The notes under the pieces: generated by a model
The model's database searches: none
Told to the model about the DNA's origin: nothing
What the model saw: the letters and a program-made list of their open reading frames with translations, nothing else
From: Podarcis liolepis
Lineage: Eukaryota
DNA length: 64,000 nt
Reading direction: 5' to 3' (one strand)
NCBI GenBank assembly: GCA_965112155.1
Contig: OZ218098.1
In this document: positions 1-11,711 of the stretch, piece by piece
How the letters are laid out: each line of letters begins with the position of its first letter
Numbering within the stretch: position 1 is the first letter of the stretch
Program-made: the position numbers and the translations under genes

Positions 1-1239
1 GACAAGGTTGCAGAACATTAGTTCTGCCATGTTAATATTTGTGCAAAAAAAAGCTTCAACATATAACAAAAGCTATGCAGTCTAACACTTGCCATCTAGG
101 TGTGGTTACACATCTAGATTTCAGTTTTCAATGCTAAAGTGATGCCAAAAGACAATGGACAAGTTTTCAGATTGATGACAATGATATTTCAATATGTAAA
201 GCAAAGCTGGAGAACCATTTGCAGCCTGAAGGACACATGTTGGCTGCAGGGCAGTGGTGAGTGGTACTAGAGACAAAAGTGGGCAGGGATATGGGTGTGA
301 CTTTTACCTTTGTACAGTGGGCTACATTCCGGTCATGCAAAACTGGATATTCCCTTGCTCTCTCCCATCAATGAAGCATTCCAGCAGCACAAAAGGACTC
401 GAGGGGGTTGCAAAGTTTGGGGCATGGCCTAGAGAGCGGGTGCGGCCTTCAGAAGGTCTTGACCAGATAGAGAGGATTTGTCTGCTAGATCAAAACTTTT
501 CTGTGGCTGGAGCAGTCGTTCCTTCCATGGAAGGCAAAGTCCTAGCCCACTACCAAATGTCCAATTTAAACAAAAATGTAAACAAAAACAGAACATATTT
601 CTAAGCTGTTACATTATTTGTTTTTTAATTATAATACAGCTGCAACTATTCAAGGGCATAAATAATACTTTCTTACAAGGCATGGTACATTCTACACTGC
701 TACCAACACCTGCATAGTTCACATATAGAATATACACTGTACATGTGACAAATAGATTATTTCAAGCTGTGTTTTTGGTAAGACCAACTGTAATATTTAC
801 AGTTTACGATAGCCATTATTCCTGAAGTGATAAGTTACCATGAAAGAGATAATAACTGCCATATAATTGTCTTCTGGGCACTTAAGACAAAAATATTGGT
901 GCCATAAACACTGGTTGTGTTATGTATATAATGGACTTTATGGGAATTACAGATATAGAGAACAGCACGCAATTATTAAGTTAATAACATAAAATCTGTG
1001 GCCACTTAACATTATATGTAGATCTCATTGGGCTTAATAACTGAGAAGGTGGGAGAGTCTGGTACCTGGAAGAGCAAATGCATTTCTGCAGAAAAAAGAC
1101 CCTGTATTAAAGTTTATCCCTATGTTTCTAAATCCACCTGTTTGTTGATAAATTGCTAAGGTTTCCCAGAAAACAACTGTGTTGGGAAGGTGAAGTCAAA
1201 CACAGCGTAGCTGAATGTTCCTTTCCCCCATGATTCAAA

Positions 1240-1638
1240 GCTAAACTAGATGGTACAATAGCTATGTATCTATGTCCTTATACGCAGGATTTGGTTTTTT
1301 GCTTTACAAAAATCTCCAGTGCAGTGACACCAATACAGATCAGGGCCCTGGCCTAGGGAATATGGGGCTTTAATGCTTTGCTTCGTCCTACCAATGGTCT
1401 CAGTCTTGATCACCTGCCCCTGCTCAGCACAACACATTTCAAAAGGAGGTTTCATTCAAATACACATTTCAACGCATAGTGGGGCAATCTGGATGGAGAC
1501 TGCAAAGGGTGAGAATACCTTAAACTGCATGCTAAGGTCCCATTCTGGGCCAGGGGCCCTGCATTGGCAATTTGTGTAAAAAAAAGAACCATGCATTTAA
1601 GAGCATAGATACCTAGTTAATGTATCATCTAGTTTGGT
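1240..1638. mobile_element. Foldback MITE with long imperfect terminal inverted repeats (possibly PIF/Harbinger-like)
   Basis: Left arm gctaaactagatggtacaat..gtatctatgtcctta..cagggccctggcctag matches the reverse complement of right arm ctgggccaggggccctg..taagagcatagatac..atgtatcatctagtttggt over about 130 bp. Confidence 0.7.
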
Positions 1639-3135
1639 TCTACAAAAGTGACAGATAGTGGAATAAACTTCTAGGTTGCTACGAATTCAAGTAACTGTGC
1701 TTTATCACCATCAAATCCTTGCTTGTTTTGCAAGATGGCTGCAGGCTATCAGAGCCCACACAAGCGATAAAATCAAAACAAGTTTTTGTTGTGCAAATTC
1801 TGCAACTCTTATTTGACTGTACTGATTCTTGCACTTACAGTACACAGCTGAAACAAATCAGAGATCCATGATGAATCATTGGGTGGGGGAAGAGGAAGAA
1901 AATGGGTAACTTCCATCTCCAATAGTGAAAGGCTTTCTGCTCATCAGTGCCTGTACTTCAGCAATTTAGCACTATGGCTGATATATTTTGCATGTGCTGT
2001 TATTTGCACAGCTCCTTGCAGGAGGCTACAATACACACCTGTGCACAAACAAATTTCAGGGTCCAGTAATAAAGAAATCCAGTCTCCAACTGACCACCCC
2101 TGGCCTCAGACAAGGGAGGGAAAGGGCCACCTCTTTCCAGTTCGCCCCTTGTCCTCCAGCACTTGGTGTGAAGTCATTTGGACGTTGCCCCCCCCCCCAT
2201 TGACACAAGTGCAATGGTACTCTCAGGCACCCCACAAAGCACCCTTGGTTTCAGTCTGGATCAGCAACTGCTGAGTGGCACGATTCATTTCAATAGGAGC
2301 TTTCAGTGAAATACAAGTTGCAAGTATCACCTGAGCAATGGAGCTGTGGCTGGCCAATGCAATTTTTGTGCTGTGATTGGCCAACTTGCATTTTTGGTTG
2401 CAAGTTCCATTGCTAGCTGCCTTTGCTGCCCACTTCCATTTTGGATGGCTTGTTACGTCCATCAACCTCCCTCATGTGGTCTAGCCTTCCACGGTGCCAC
2501 AGGTAGGCTTACTGTCATACAGGGTCTCAAGCCTATATACGCCTCATAGCTTAAATCATCCTTGGAGGAGTGATTGATTAGAATTCAAGAAGGCAGCTTT
2601 CCTCCTGTCCTTTTAATCATTCTCCCCAGATATTTCAAGTGATCAGAATCCTTAAAATCCATCTGTGCAAGCTGGGTAGGTGGGAAAAAAGACTTTGGAA
2701 ATGTGCACCTCACTGAGCCCTCGGGGACATCAGTAACTGTGGCAATCCCTCAGCCTTTTTTTTTAAAAAAAGGTCTGCATACCTGAGAGCAGAGTGTATT
2801 CTTGAAGGCCATTACAACAATACAGGAGAAACCTGGAGTTACTTACAGAAAAAGAAAGCACCAACCATTTAATCTAATTATGTGCTGTTTTGCCTATAAG
2901 TAAGGCCCTACAGGACATGATGCACATCTGTGAATGGTTCAGATTGCAGGCAGCAGGGCTAGCGCTACCATGAGCCTTGCTGAGGCAGCTTCTTCAAGCC
3001 ACATTCTACAAATTGCTGGGAGAGGCTTCATTTCAGCCAATACTTATTATGACTGCACCCTAAAAGCCATTTTGCAGCATCAGGCTTCAGCTACAAAATA
3101 ATAATAGAAACTACCTAGGAAAATGTGTCTTTCCC

Positions 3136-3183
<48 letters not shown>
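3136..3183. repeat. (TTA)n microsatellite, probably the tail of a decayed minus-strand LINE
   Basis: About 16 consecutive TAT/TTA units read directly. Confidence 0.95.
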
Positions 3184-4360
3184 CATTATTGATTTATTAC
3201 CTTCTAAACCACTGTCTCAAGATAATCTGCATATTAGATAAAGACAGTTAAAAGAAGACAAACACAATTCACTCAAGGTAAAGTCCCATTTATCCAGCTG
3301 GGGATGCCTCTTGGCTTTCCTTGCTGCGGAGTAGCCACACCAACCACAGAAAACACTATGACCACTTGAAATAAGTAGGGATTGTCTCCAGCTTAAAGAT
3401 CTGTTGCAGCCAAATTAATCATCCTCAAGAGTAGACCCCTTGAAATAATGTTACTGATTTCCTTTTACCAGTAACAATTCACTGGGGGGAGGGAGTGGCT
3501 TGACTGCTGTAGGATATAGGAATAGGATACATTGTACATTCAAATTGCTTGGTTGCAGAAAAGAGTGGCATATAATGCACACTCAGTTAAATCAGTGCAG
3601 ATAAGTCAATAATCAAGAGTTGAACCATCACTACTGAGCACCACCACGATATAACTGTTATGTGCAAGGAAATCAAGAATCAATGTTGCCCGTAGCCACA
3701 ATTCTGAACCTCCATGCATATTGCTTGCAATATAATTTCAGTAGTTTATGCCAGCAAAGTAAAGGGTTTTGGAAAAACTGCTAGTGCACAATGAGGTATT
3801 GATTTTGACACCTAGTTCAAACGTTTATCAGTTCTCCAAGTTCTAATACATACTTTGAAAAAGACAGCTGACAAGTTGACTATGGGCCAGTTCAGTGCTC
3901 AGTCCACTTGTTGCAAATTATGCCACTATCCCTAGAATGGTGTGAATATCTTTTTCCATGGAGAGAGAATGAGTTTAAGTGGTGGTAGTTTTGAAATGAA
4001 AAGTATAAGAGGAGAATGGTATGTTGCCCTCCATTTCTCTGCTCAAATCCACTGCTTTTGGTTAAACAAAACCAGGGATAAGACTATGTGTCAGGATTAG
4101 TTTAGGACTCAATTGCACTGAAGCACCAGTTTAGAAAGAAAAGGAATGAAGGCACCAGCTTGGAACTGTTAAAGTCACCTTCTTCAACTAATCCATTGCA
4201 TGTTCCTTAAGAGTTGTTCATCCAAGACATATAATGACACTGCATTTTCCTTGACAAGAAAGAAATGGCAGCACAAGGTGACAGAAATATGACGGGAAGT
4301 CACACTCTTTGTGCCAAGTAAAAGCTAATTAGCTGATACTCACAGAATGTGGGGAGAAAT

Positions 4361-4420
4361 TGGCCATGCTGACTGAGGCTGATGGGAGTTGGAGTCTAAC
4401 AACACCTGCAGGCCCACATG
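4361..4420. mobile_element. Partial copy of the abundant squamate palindromic hAT-type MITE
   Basis: tggccatgctgactgaggctgatgggagttggagtctaacaacacctg matches other copies in this window (e.g. 26040-26090). Confidence 0.65.
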
Positions 4421-5613
4421 TAATAAAGTTACATGTATAGAATAAATCTTCTTCTCCGTCTGTTTAGGCCTTCATAAGGGGAAGATCTCTTTCACACAGG
4501 AGAGAACGTTTTCATCTGAAAGCACTTTTAGCACTCTTTCTTCCTTGGGGGGTCAGTGCACTGTTGCCACCTTGACCACATGTGGTTCTTTTCTTTTCTT
4601 GTCAACAATACCTTGGTATGTTTTTAACAGTTTTTATATATGTATATAGTTCTAATTCTATCAATGTTTAGTTATATTTGATTGACTGTACCCCACTCCA
4701 GGCTTTCAGCAGTTCTTATTTTTACCTGTAAGCTGCTTTGAGTCCCTATCAGGGAAAAGGTGGGGTACGATGTATGCATAAATCAATCCAATCCTTGCTC
4801 ATTCTGATGGTGTCGGCTCTCAGGGGAGAAACAGATGGTGCCAGAGCAAATGAAATGTTAAAGAAACAGATTGCAGATGCAGGTACACTGTGCAATGGCA
4901 GCAGAAGATCCACAAATGCTTTCTGGAAATATTCTCATCTTCTCTATGCTAAATTACAGAATTTAGCAAAGGCGACATAAGAATTAGATCTTAGTCTCTA
5001 CTCATCTTAAGACTACATAAATGTTCTTCTCTCTACTATTTATTCTCCCTCTCAGTTTGCAAATGCAGAGCAATTTAGAGATTGGCTTTGCATCAGCTGT
5101 AACAGTGCACATCTCCAGTAACGAAACGCTGACATTGCTTTGATACCCATTTGAAAAGCATTGCCTTCCTCATTTTTGAAACACTAAGTAATTAATATAT
5201 AGCACTTGCACAATTTCACCAAGTCATTTCACCCAGCAGTGCTCTTTCAAATATTTAAAACTCTCTTGATGAAATATATCAACGTTCTAAGATAAAAAAT
5301 AAGGGAAAGAACCTCATACTATTCCATATCTCAAATTTTAAAATGAAATAGGAGTCGGGAGAGAACAGTTACAGCACAAGTCCTTAGAGAGATATCTCAG
5401 TGAGCTGTCTTTTTTCTTTTCTTTTTCTCCCCCCCCCCCCAGAGGAGAATTTTTAAACTTCAAAGAAGTGGCCTCTCATACATTTCCCTGGGTGATGACC
5501 TTTTGTCTTAAACTGCTAAATCCCAGGGTGCTGTTGGTCAAATAATGGCAACAGAACTATCTCAACACTGATAGATCCTCTGCAGTAATTTAAGGTCCAT
5601 CTGAAATCAAAGA

Positions 5614-5616
<3 letters not shown>

Positions 5617-5650
<34 letters not shown>
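5617..5650. repeat. (TC)n microsatellite
   Basis: 17 TC units read directly. Confidence 0.95.
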
Positions 5651-5653
<3 letters not shown>

Positions 5654-7061
5654 CAAAAATGATTTTACTGTGCTGATGCTGCTGTGACAATCTGGGTTAT
5701 TTGAAGAAGCCATTTTCCAGTTATTGTATTGGAAGTCAGTAATTACTTTTTCAATAAAGCAACTATAAACTGTTAAGAGAAAAGTGGGAAAGCAAAATAA
5801 ATTAGCATAATGGCCTATCCTCAACTGAACTAACATAGTAAGAAAATAATGATTTAAGATAATTTAAGGAATGAGATTCTACAAAGCGTGTCATTTAAAC
5901 TACCCTAAAATCTGTTTTTTTAAAAGAAGCTTTAGATGCATGTATGTAGCACTGGTGAAACAGACAGGCATATTTTTGTTGTCATATTTTGGAAAATATT
6001 ATTCTTCATTACTCTTCCCTCCCCAGCCTACTTTTTTCCCCCCGAACAAATTTCACAGCAAGAATTGTGCAACTCTGCTTGTTCTGTCACTTCTGAGCCA
6101 AGTCACAAGGAATGGGAAAGAACAACAGGAAAAACCCAGAATTATAACATCCATAATATATTATTTGCTCTTAGGGGAAACAAGCTAATATTGCATCCCT
6201 TCACATTAGCATTTAATTGTCACTAATGTATTATGAATTGTTGAAATCCTTCTGCTATACTGCATTAGGGTAAATGAAAGAGAAAATGATGCAACTGCAG
6301 ATTCTTAATGTCACGTAACATAGGTGTTATAACGCAATTCAGTGGGAGGAGCTTCCCTTACAACATTAATTAAAAGTATGACACACACGCCTGTGCTGTA
6401 TGCTTTTCACTGTATGCATCGTTGGACAAAATTGCTTGCATATTATGACTAAAACATGCCTGATTTAATAATGCTAAATTCAACACAGAATAGAAAGGCT
6501 GACATTATCCAATGATTCTAGCTTCAAGAAGTGTGTGAAACTGGGTGGCTGCACCAGCGGAATTATTTGAGGCAACAAAGCCATGTCTGGGATTCCTCCA
6601 GACATAAAATGAGGCATGTTCGGCTGCTACTCTGCTCCTTGAACAGCTTTTGAACACACTCATTTCTTCCATCAGAATATTGCACAGTGAATTGTTACGC
6701 AGGTCCAGTCATGCCAATGGAGTTGTGGTAACAGCATTAGAGGTGAACATAAGTCTGAGTTACATCAGACCACCTCCTGTCCCCAGGAGCAGATAGCTGT
6801 TAGTGCTCTAAACAGATCAGATCAAAGAAATCTGCACTGATGAGCATGTGGCAGGGCAGAACATGTAGATTTCTGACTAGGATTTTTCTTTGATTCAAAT
6901 CTTTCAACCTATTTATAAACATGTACCGATGCAAGAAGAGTCTGAAATTAGTGTCTATTGCATAGAGCAATAGGAAGCACCAGGAGCCGGAAGGGAAGAA
7001 GGTGCCATCTTCTCAAATCGCTCTGGCATGCACTTGGCACAGACTGTGTGTGTGTGTGTGA

Positions 7062-7480
7062 ATTTATAAAAATACAAAATACAGAACTGAATAAAACAAA
7101 AAAGTGAAAGAAATAGAAGAAAGAAAAATAGATAAATTACATCAATCCATAATACTCCAGCGACTTCCCATCCATCCTTCTGTGGCTCCCCAAAGTTTCC
7201 CATTCCTGCTGCATATTCTATTTTTTTCTAACTATTCAAACATTCCAATTCTACTCATAAACTGTAACTGCTGAGTTTACTCCAAACTGACTATAGTTCT
7301 AACATTTTTACAATGTTTTTTTAGGTAGTCTACAAATGGCTTCCATTCATCTTTAAAACTTTTCTCTTCTTGCTCTCTAATTTTGCTGGTTAAGCTTGCT
7401 AATTCTGCATATTCCATTACTTTCATCTGCCACTCTTCCTTTGTAGGTACTATCTCCTCTCTCCATCTTTGTGCATATAG
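7062..7480 (-). mobile_element. L1-clade LINE 3' fragment (ORF2 C-terminus plus 3' UTR)
   Basis: Minus 7480..7277 translates without stops as LYAQRWREEIVPTKEEWQMKVMEYAELASLTSKIREQEEKSFKDEWKPFVDYLKKHCKNVRTIVSLE*, resembling non-mammalian L1 ORF2 ends (W..P..EW..K..E..E..W.PF..YL); followed by a T-rich 3' UTR. Confidence 0.8.
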
Positions 7481-8560
7481 ATTGTAAATTCTGTTGCACT
7501 TTACATTATCCTATCCAATTTTATATACAAACAGTGAACTCACTCTTCTCATGTAGCAAAAGTGGGATCATCCATACACAAGAGTGACCAAATAAATCGC
7601 AGTAGGATAGCAAAATATTCAGGGGAAAACTTAAGAGCAGGGGAAGACCTAAAAAACAGCCCAGTGAGGAATGAGGCTGTTCAGTGAGCATGGAATGCTG
7701 AGTTCCTATTACGGAGCAGGTGTGTGAAAAAATAGGAGCAGAAAGGGATGAAAAATCCTGGAGGAGGGCATCCACAGGCTGCATGTCCAATGCAACATTT
7801 GGTGGCAGGTACCACCTGTTCCGTTCTATTAATTTTATATTGTTAAACAACAGTGGCAGCTTTTAGCAACATTTGGTCATAGTCTTGGAAAAACTGTTGT
7901 GGCTTAAGGCAAATTGTGTGTCTCATTTGGATCAACTGCACTTACTTTTTTGACGTGTGCAACATGGGTGGACCTATTATTTTTTCCCTCCATGTAGCTA
8001 CTCTTTCAATTACTAGATCTCCTCCCCCACCCCAGAATAGCTTCTTCAGTCAATAGAATATGACAGTGAAATAAATGCGCTAATGATTCCTGATGGCATT
8101 ACCTTCTTGTATGTGTTGTGTAGTTGAATATTTAATACACTGGTATACTAAGAATAGCGTGACATTTTATGATAATCATTTTGCTGAAATGTTGCTCAAT
8201 ATTTAAATACCGTTTCTTGAAGTGAGACTGGCAAATAAGTGTGTTGCCAGTTCCCAAGGGAATGTGAGACAAATTGATTCTGACTTTAGGGGGAAGATTT
8301 GAGCTGAGCACAATTTGCGTAATTAAACCGACCTTCTAGTTTCTCACTGGAGAAACTCAATAGAGTCTGGAACAACTCTGCAGACCAAACTTTGTAATTC
8401 ATCAAATTGTGCCTGCTTTGAAATATGCACTGTTAGTTGAAACTTCACTGATTTGTTGTTTTACAATATGAAATATAATGGAGTTTCTTTCTTCTCCTTT
8501 TTTGGAGTTTCTTTCTTCTCCTTGCACCTTAATAATGAAAGAATGTACATATCCCTAATA

Positions 8561-8670
8561 ATGCTGTTGTAGTCCAATTCCCATCAGCCACAACCAGCAC
8601 AGCCAATGGTCAGGAATGATGAATGTTGTAGTCCAACAACAACTGGAGAGCACTATGTTGGCTACCCATG
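8561..8670. mobile_element. Palindromic hAT-type MITE copy
   Basis: ..aattcccatcagccac..ggtcaggaatgatgaatgttgtagtccaacaacaactggagagc; same family as 60558-60695. Confidence 0.7.
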
Positions 8671-11337
8671 ATTTGGGGCAATGGTGCTATTGTTGTTGCT
8701 GTTTTGCAGGTTATTACTTAGAGCTGCATTCCGTAATCCTGCAGACGGATTGACGACAACGCCCATCATCACTGATGCTGGCTGGTGCTAAAGAGAGTGG
8801 AAATTGGTTGGGGAAGGCTGATTTAGACTTTTAACCTGAAGATATTAACAACTGATTTAAAACTTTTTTTTTTTGCACATTAGGGCTGACATACATAAGT
8901 AGTATGACTATTATTGTACTTGCTTTTTTATATATTAAAGCAACTGAAGTGACTGTCCGCTCATCTGTTGTAGTTCTGAAAGCTCTGTTGAAACTGTTGA
9001 CCCCAAAGCAAGGCGTTTGAGCGTCTATGCCTCTCTTTCCACATCAGACACCACAGGACTGGCAAACAATATGTCACAGCAAGATAGAACATTGTTTTCT
9101 ATGTGTCATAATCACAAGAGCAAAGTCACATTTTCATGCCTTTGGAAATGGGCACATGACAACCTTGCTATAGTTTTTATTTCTCAAAGCATTTCAGTGG
9201 ATCATATTGCAAGATAATCTGGTTGGTGCCAAGGAAGGGTTTTGACATGCATATGGCAGCCAAGACCCCTGCTATCATTACGTACAGCTGAAGACAATTT
9301 CCACACAGAACACTGTTGTTACCCAAAGGTCTCCAAGCATCACAACACATTAAAAATGTAAATACGTACTGGGAATCCAGAGAGGCACATTACTCTAATT
9401 TATGTGCTAATCCTATGGATCAGCATTAGATGCTATGGGGCAACCAGTAGTTCATGACACAGCAGCTGAAGTAGCATCTTGTAACTGGAAGGTTACCCAC
9501 TTTTCATAGCCTCCTATGTTAAAGAAAAGAGTGGTGCTCATTTCTTCCGGTGTTCCTTGCTCTGAAGGAATAGTGATATTTATTAATGATCAATATGGAA
9601 GGGTGTGTGGGCCCATCAACCTCTCCCTCTCACTTACGTGCTTTTCTCCTTGGTATGGTTCTGTCACACTAGGCAAGGGGAATGCAAAATTCCTTCAAAT
9701 TTGCAGAATTGGAAGACACTGAAGTGAGGCCTTCTGTTAGCGGCAAGCCTCTATTCTTAATGTCCCAACACTTTAATAAGCTTTGAACCAGACTTGAAAG
9801 AGTAGGAGTACTATGTAATTATTATTACTGAAAATATCCCATACAATCCTAATGATCAGTCCTGGCTTGAGTTATCTTCTACCAACTGGAACAAATTAGT
9901 TTGATTTACTGTATGCTCTACCGAAAAGGGACGGTTTGAACACTTAAACTGTTCTGGTTGGAAGATGATATACATTTCCTAAGTGAAACATTGCAGGAAC
10001 ACACATTAAGGACTTAGCCAAATCCATTTTTCCCTAGATGATAGCATACTATACAGCTAGTGTTCCATGCTACATTTTACAAATGGTAGAAAAGTCAATT
10101 AAATATTTATGGCTTCTTGGTTCACATTTATTGCTTATTACCAAATTCTAATATGAAGGATCCCAAATTTAAAGGCTGAATTCCATCCATGTGTGGTGAT
10201 TATACAAATCTTTATTCATTTCACTGTAGAAACATTTCTTATAGAAATAATCAAGTACATATAAAAATCATAGGCCTCTGTCTTCACTCCAATTCTTTTT
10301 TTTTTTTTTTACTGCTGCTACTAAACATTGGTTTTGTGCCAACAGCATGCTAGGTAATGTAATTACTTGTTAGAGATTTTGGGGATTGCCCATTTTGAAT
10401 ATGTTCAACACTACAGGTTAAGAACATATGTGATATAGCTAATTGATGCAATTGCTTGATGTGTACAGATGAGCATTCGTGTCTTGGATGATGAAGGAAA
10501 GTAAAACAAAACTCAGCTGGGATAGTCTGGGCAACCTTTGGGTTGTAGCCAATTAAGTAATTCTGCTGCTCCATATAACTCCCCCCCCCCCCACTTACAA
10601 ATATGCTTTGGTGATTCCCCAACCCCAACATGTTTAAACTCTTTAAAGCAGTTTCAGGATTTTGATACATTGGACTAAACCTCTCAGGATGAACTACAGA
10701 ACATCATGGCTGATATGGAGAAATGGGAGGTGCTGCTCAATCCTGTGCAAACTTTTTGGAACCACATCCCATAGATCTCACTGTGTTCAGAAACAGTGAA
10801 TTTGCTCCACTGCCACTTGTACCTGAAAGAGACTCTGAAATAAATTTCTCAAGGGGAGTGGGTGAAGAGGTCACCTGTGGTGCAGTCACTAGCCATATGA
10901 GAGTGGGCTGGAACAATTTTGGGCTGCTCCAACCCTTCACTGTTCCCTTTCTGTTCAGTGATACTCTCCCTGTACAGTGTGGTCTGGGGCTAGCTGGGAC
11001 CACACAGAAATTGTTTGGGGAGAATTATCCCTCTCCCTTTTTTTCACCTACTTCACATTGCAGGGTATTTGTTAGCTTATTTAATCGGTGAATCTCATCT
11101 GATTGGCAATATTTCCATTGCTCAATTGGGTTTATCTGGTCTAATTGGCAATTGCTCACAGAACTGAGGAAAAATATATATGATTGGCATAAGTTCTCAT
11201 ACCTTGATTTGGTTAACCTGGTTTGATTGGCATTGGCGTGCTTAATTAAATCACTCAATGTGGTCTCACTGGAATTAGTTGAATTTGATCAATTTCTTCT
11301 CATTGACATTTAGTGCGAGCAGATGAGCAAATTAAGA

Positions 11338-11711
11338 TGTAATCCTATGCCCCCCGAGTCAATGAGGAATATTGGGTTTTGGGCAGTCAGCACTTATACT
11401 CAAAGGTTGGGGGAGGGGTTCTCCATAGTGTTCCCAGGGATGGACAGGTACACATGGGTGAACACCTGGCTGCAGATTCATGGTGTACATGCTTAGTCCT
11501 CACACCCCAAGGTTCATCTAGCAAGAAGGGAGAAGTTCATTCAATCAAATGAGTACAACAGCTGACATGCCCAGGGCATTATAAGAGGGGTGCTCCCCTT
11601 AATATGATGAATAGACAAACCTTCTTTCCCTTATTAACTGGCTTTCAATAAACATAACCACTGTGCCAATATGCTGGTTTTTGAGTCTTCTTTGGCAGTG
11701 AGAGTGCAACA
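11338..11711 (+). mobile_element. Possible solo LTR
   Basis: TGT...AACA ends, TATAAGA near 11580, AATAAA at 11647-11652 about 60 nt before the end; no convincing TSD and left boundary uncertain. Confidence 0.35.

Noticed and set aside
8479-8523. 21-bp direct repeat (24-bp period)
   Set aside because: Simple local tandem duplication; only two units, not an array or CRISPR
8973-9217. Protein-like plus-strand frame SESSVETVDPKARRLSVYAS.. after a possible acceptor
   Set aside because: Weak acceptor, no donor, no recognisable homology
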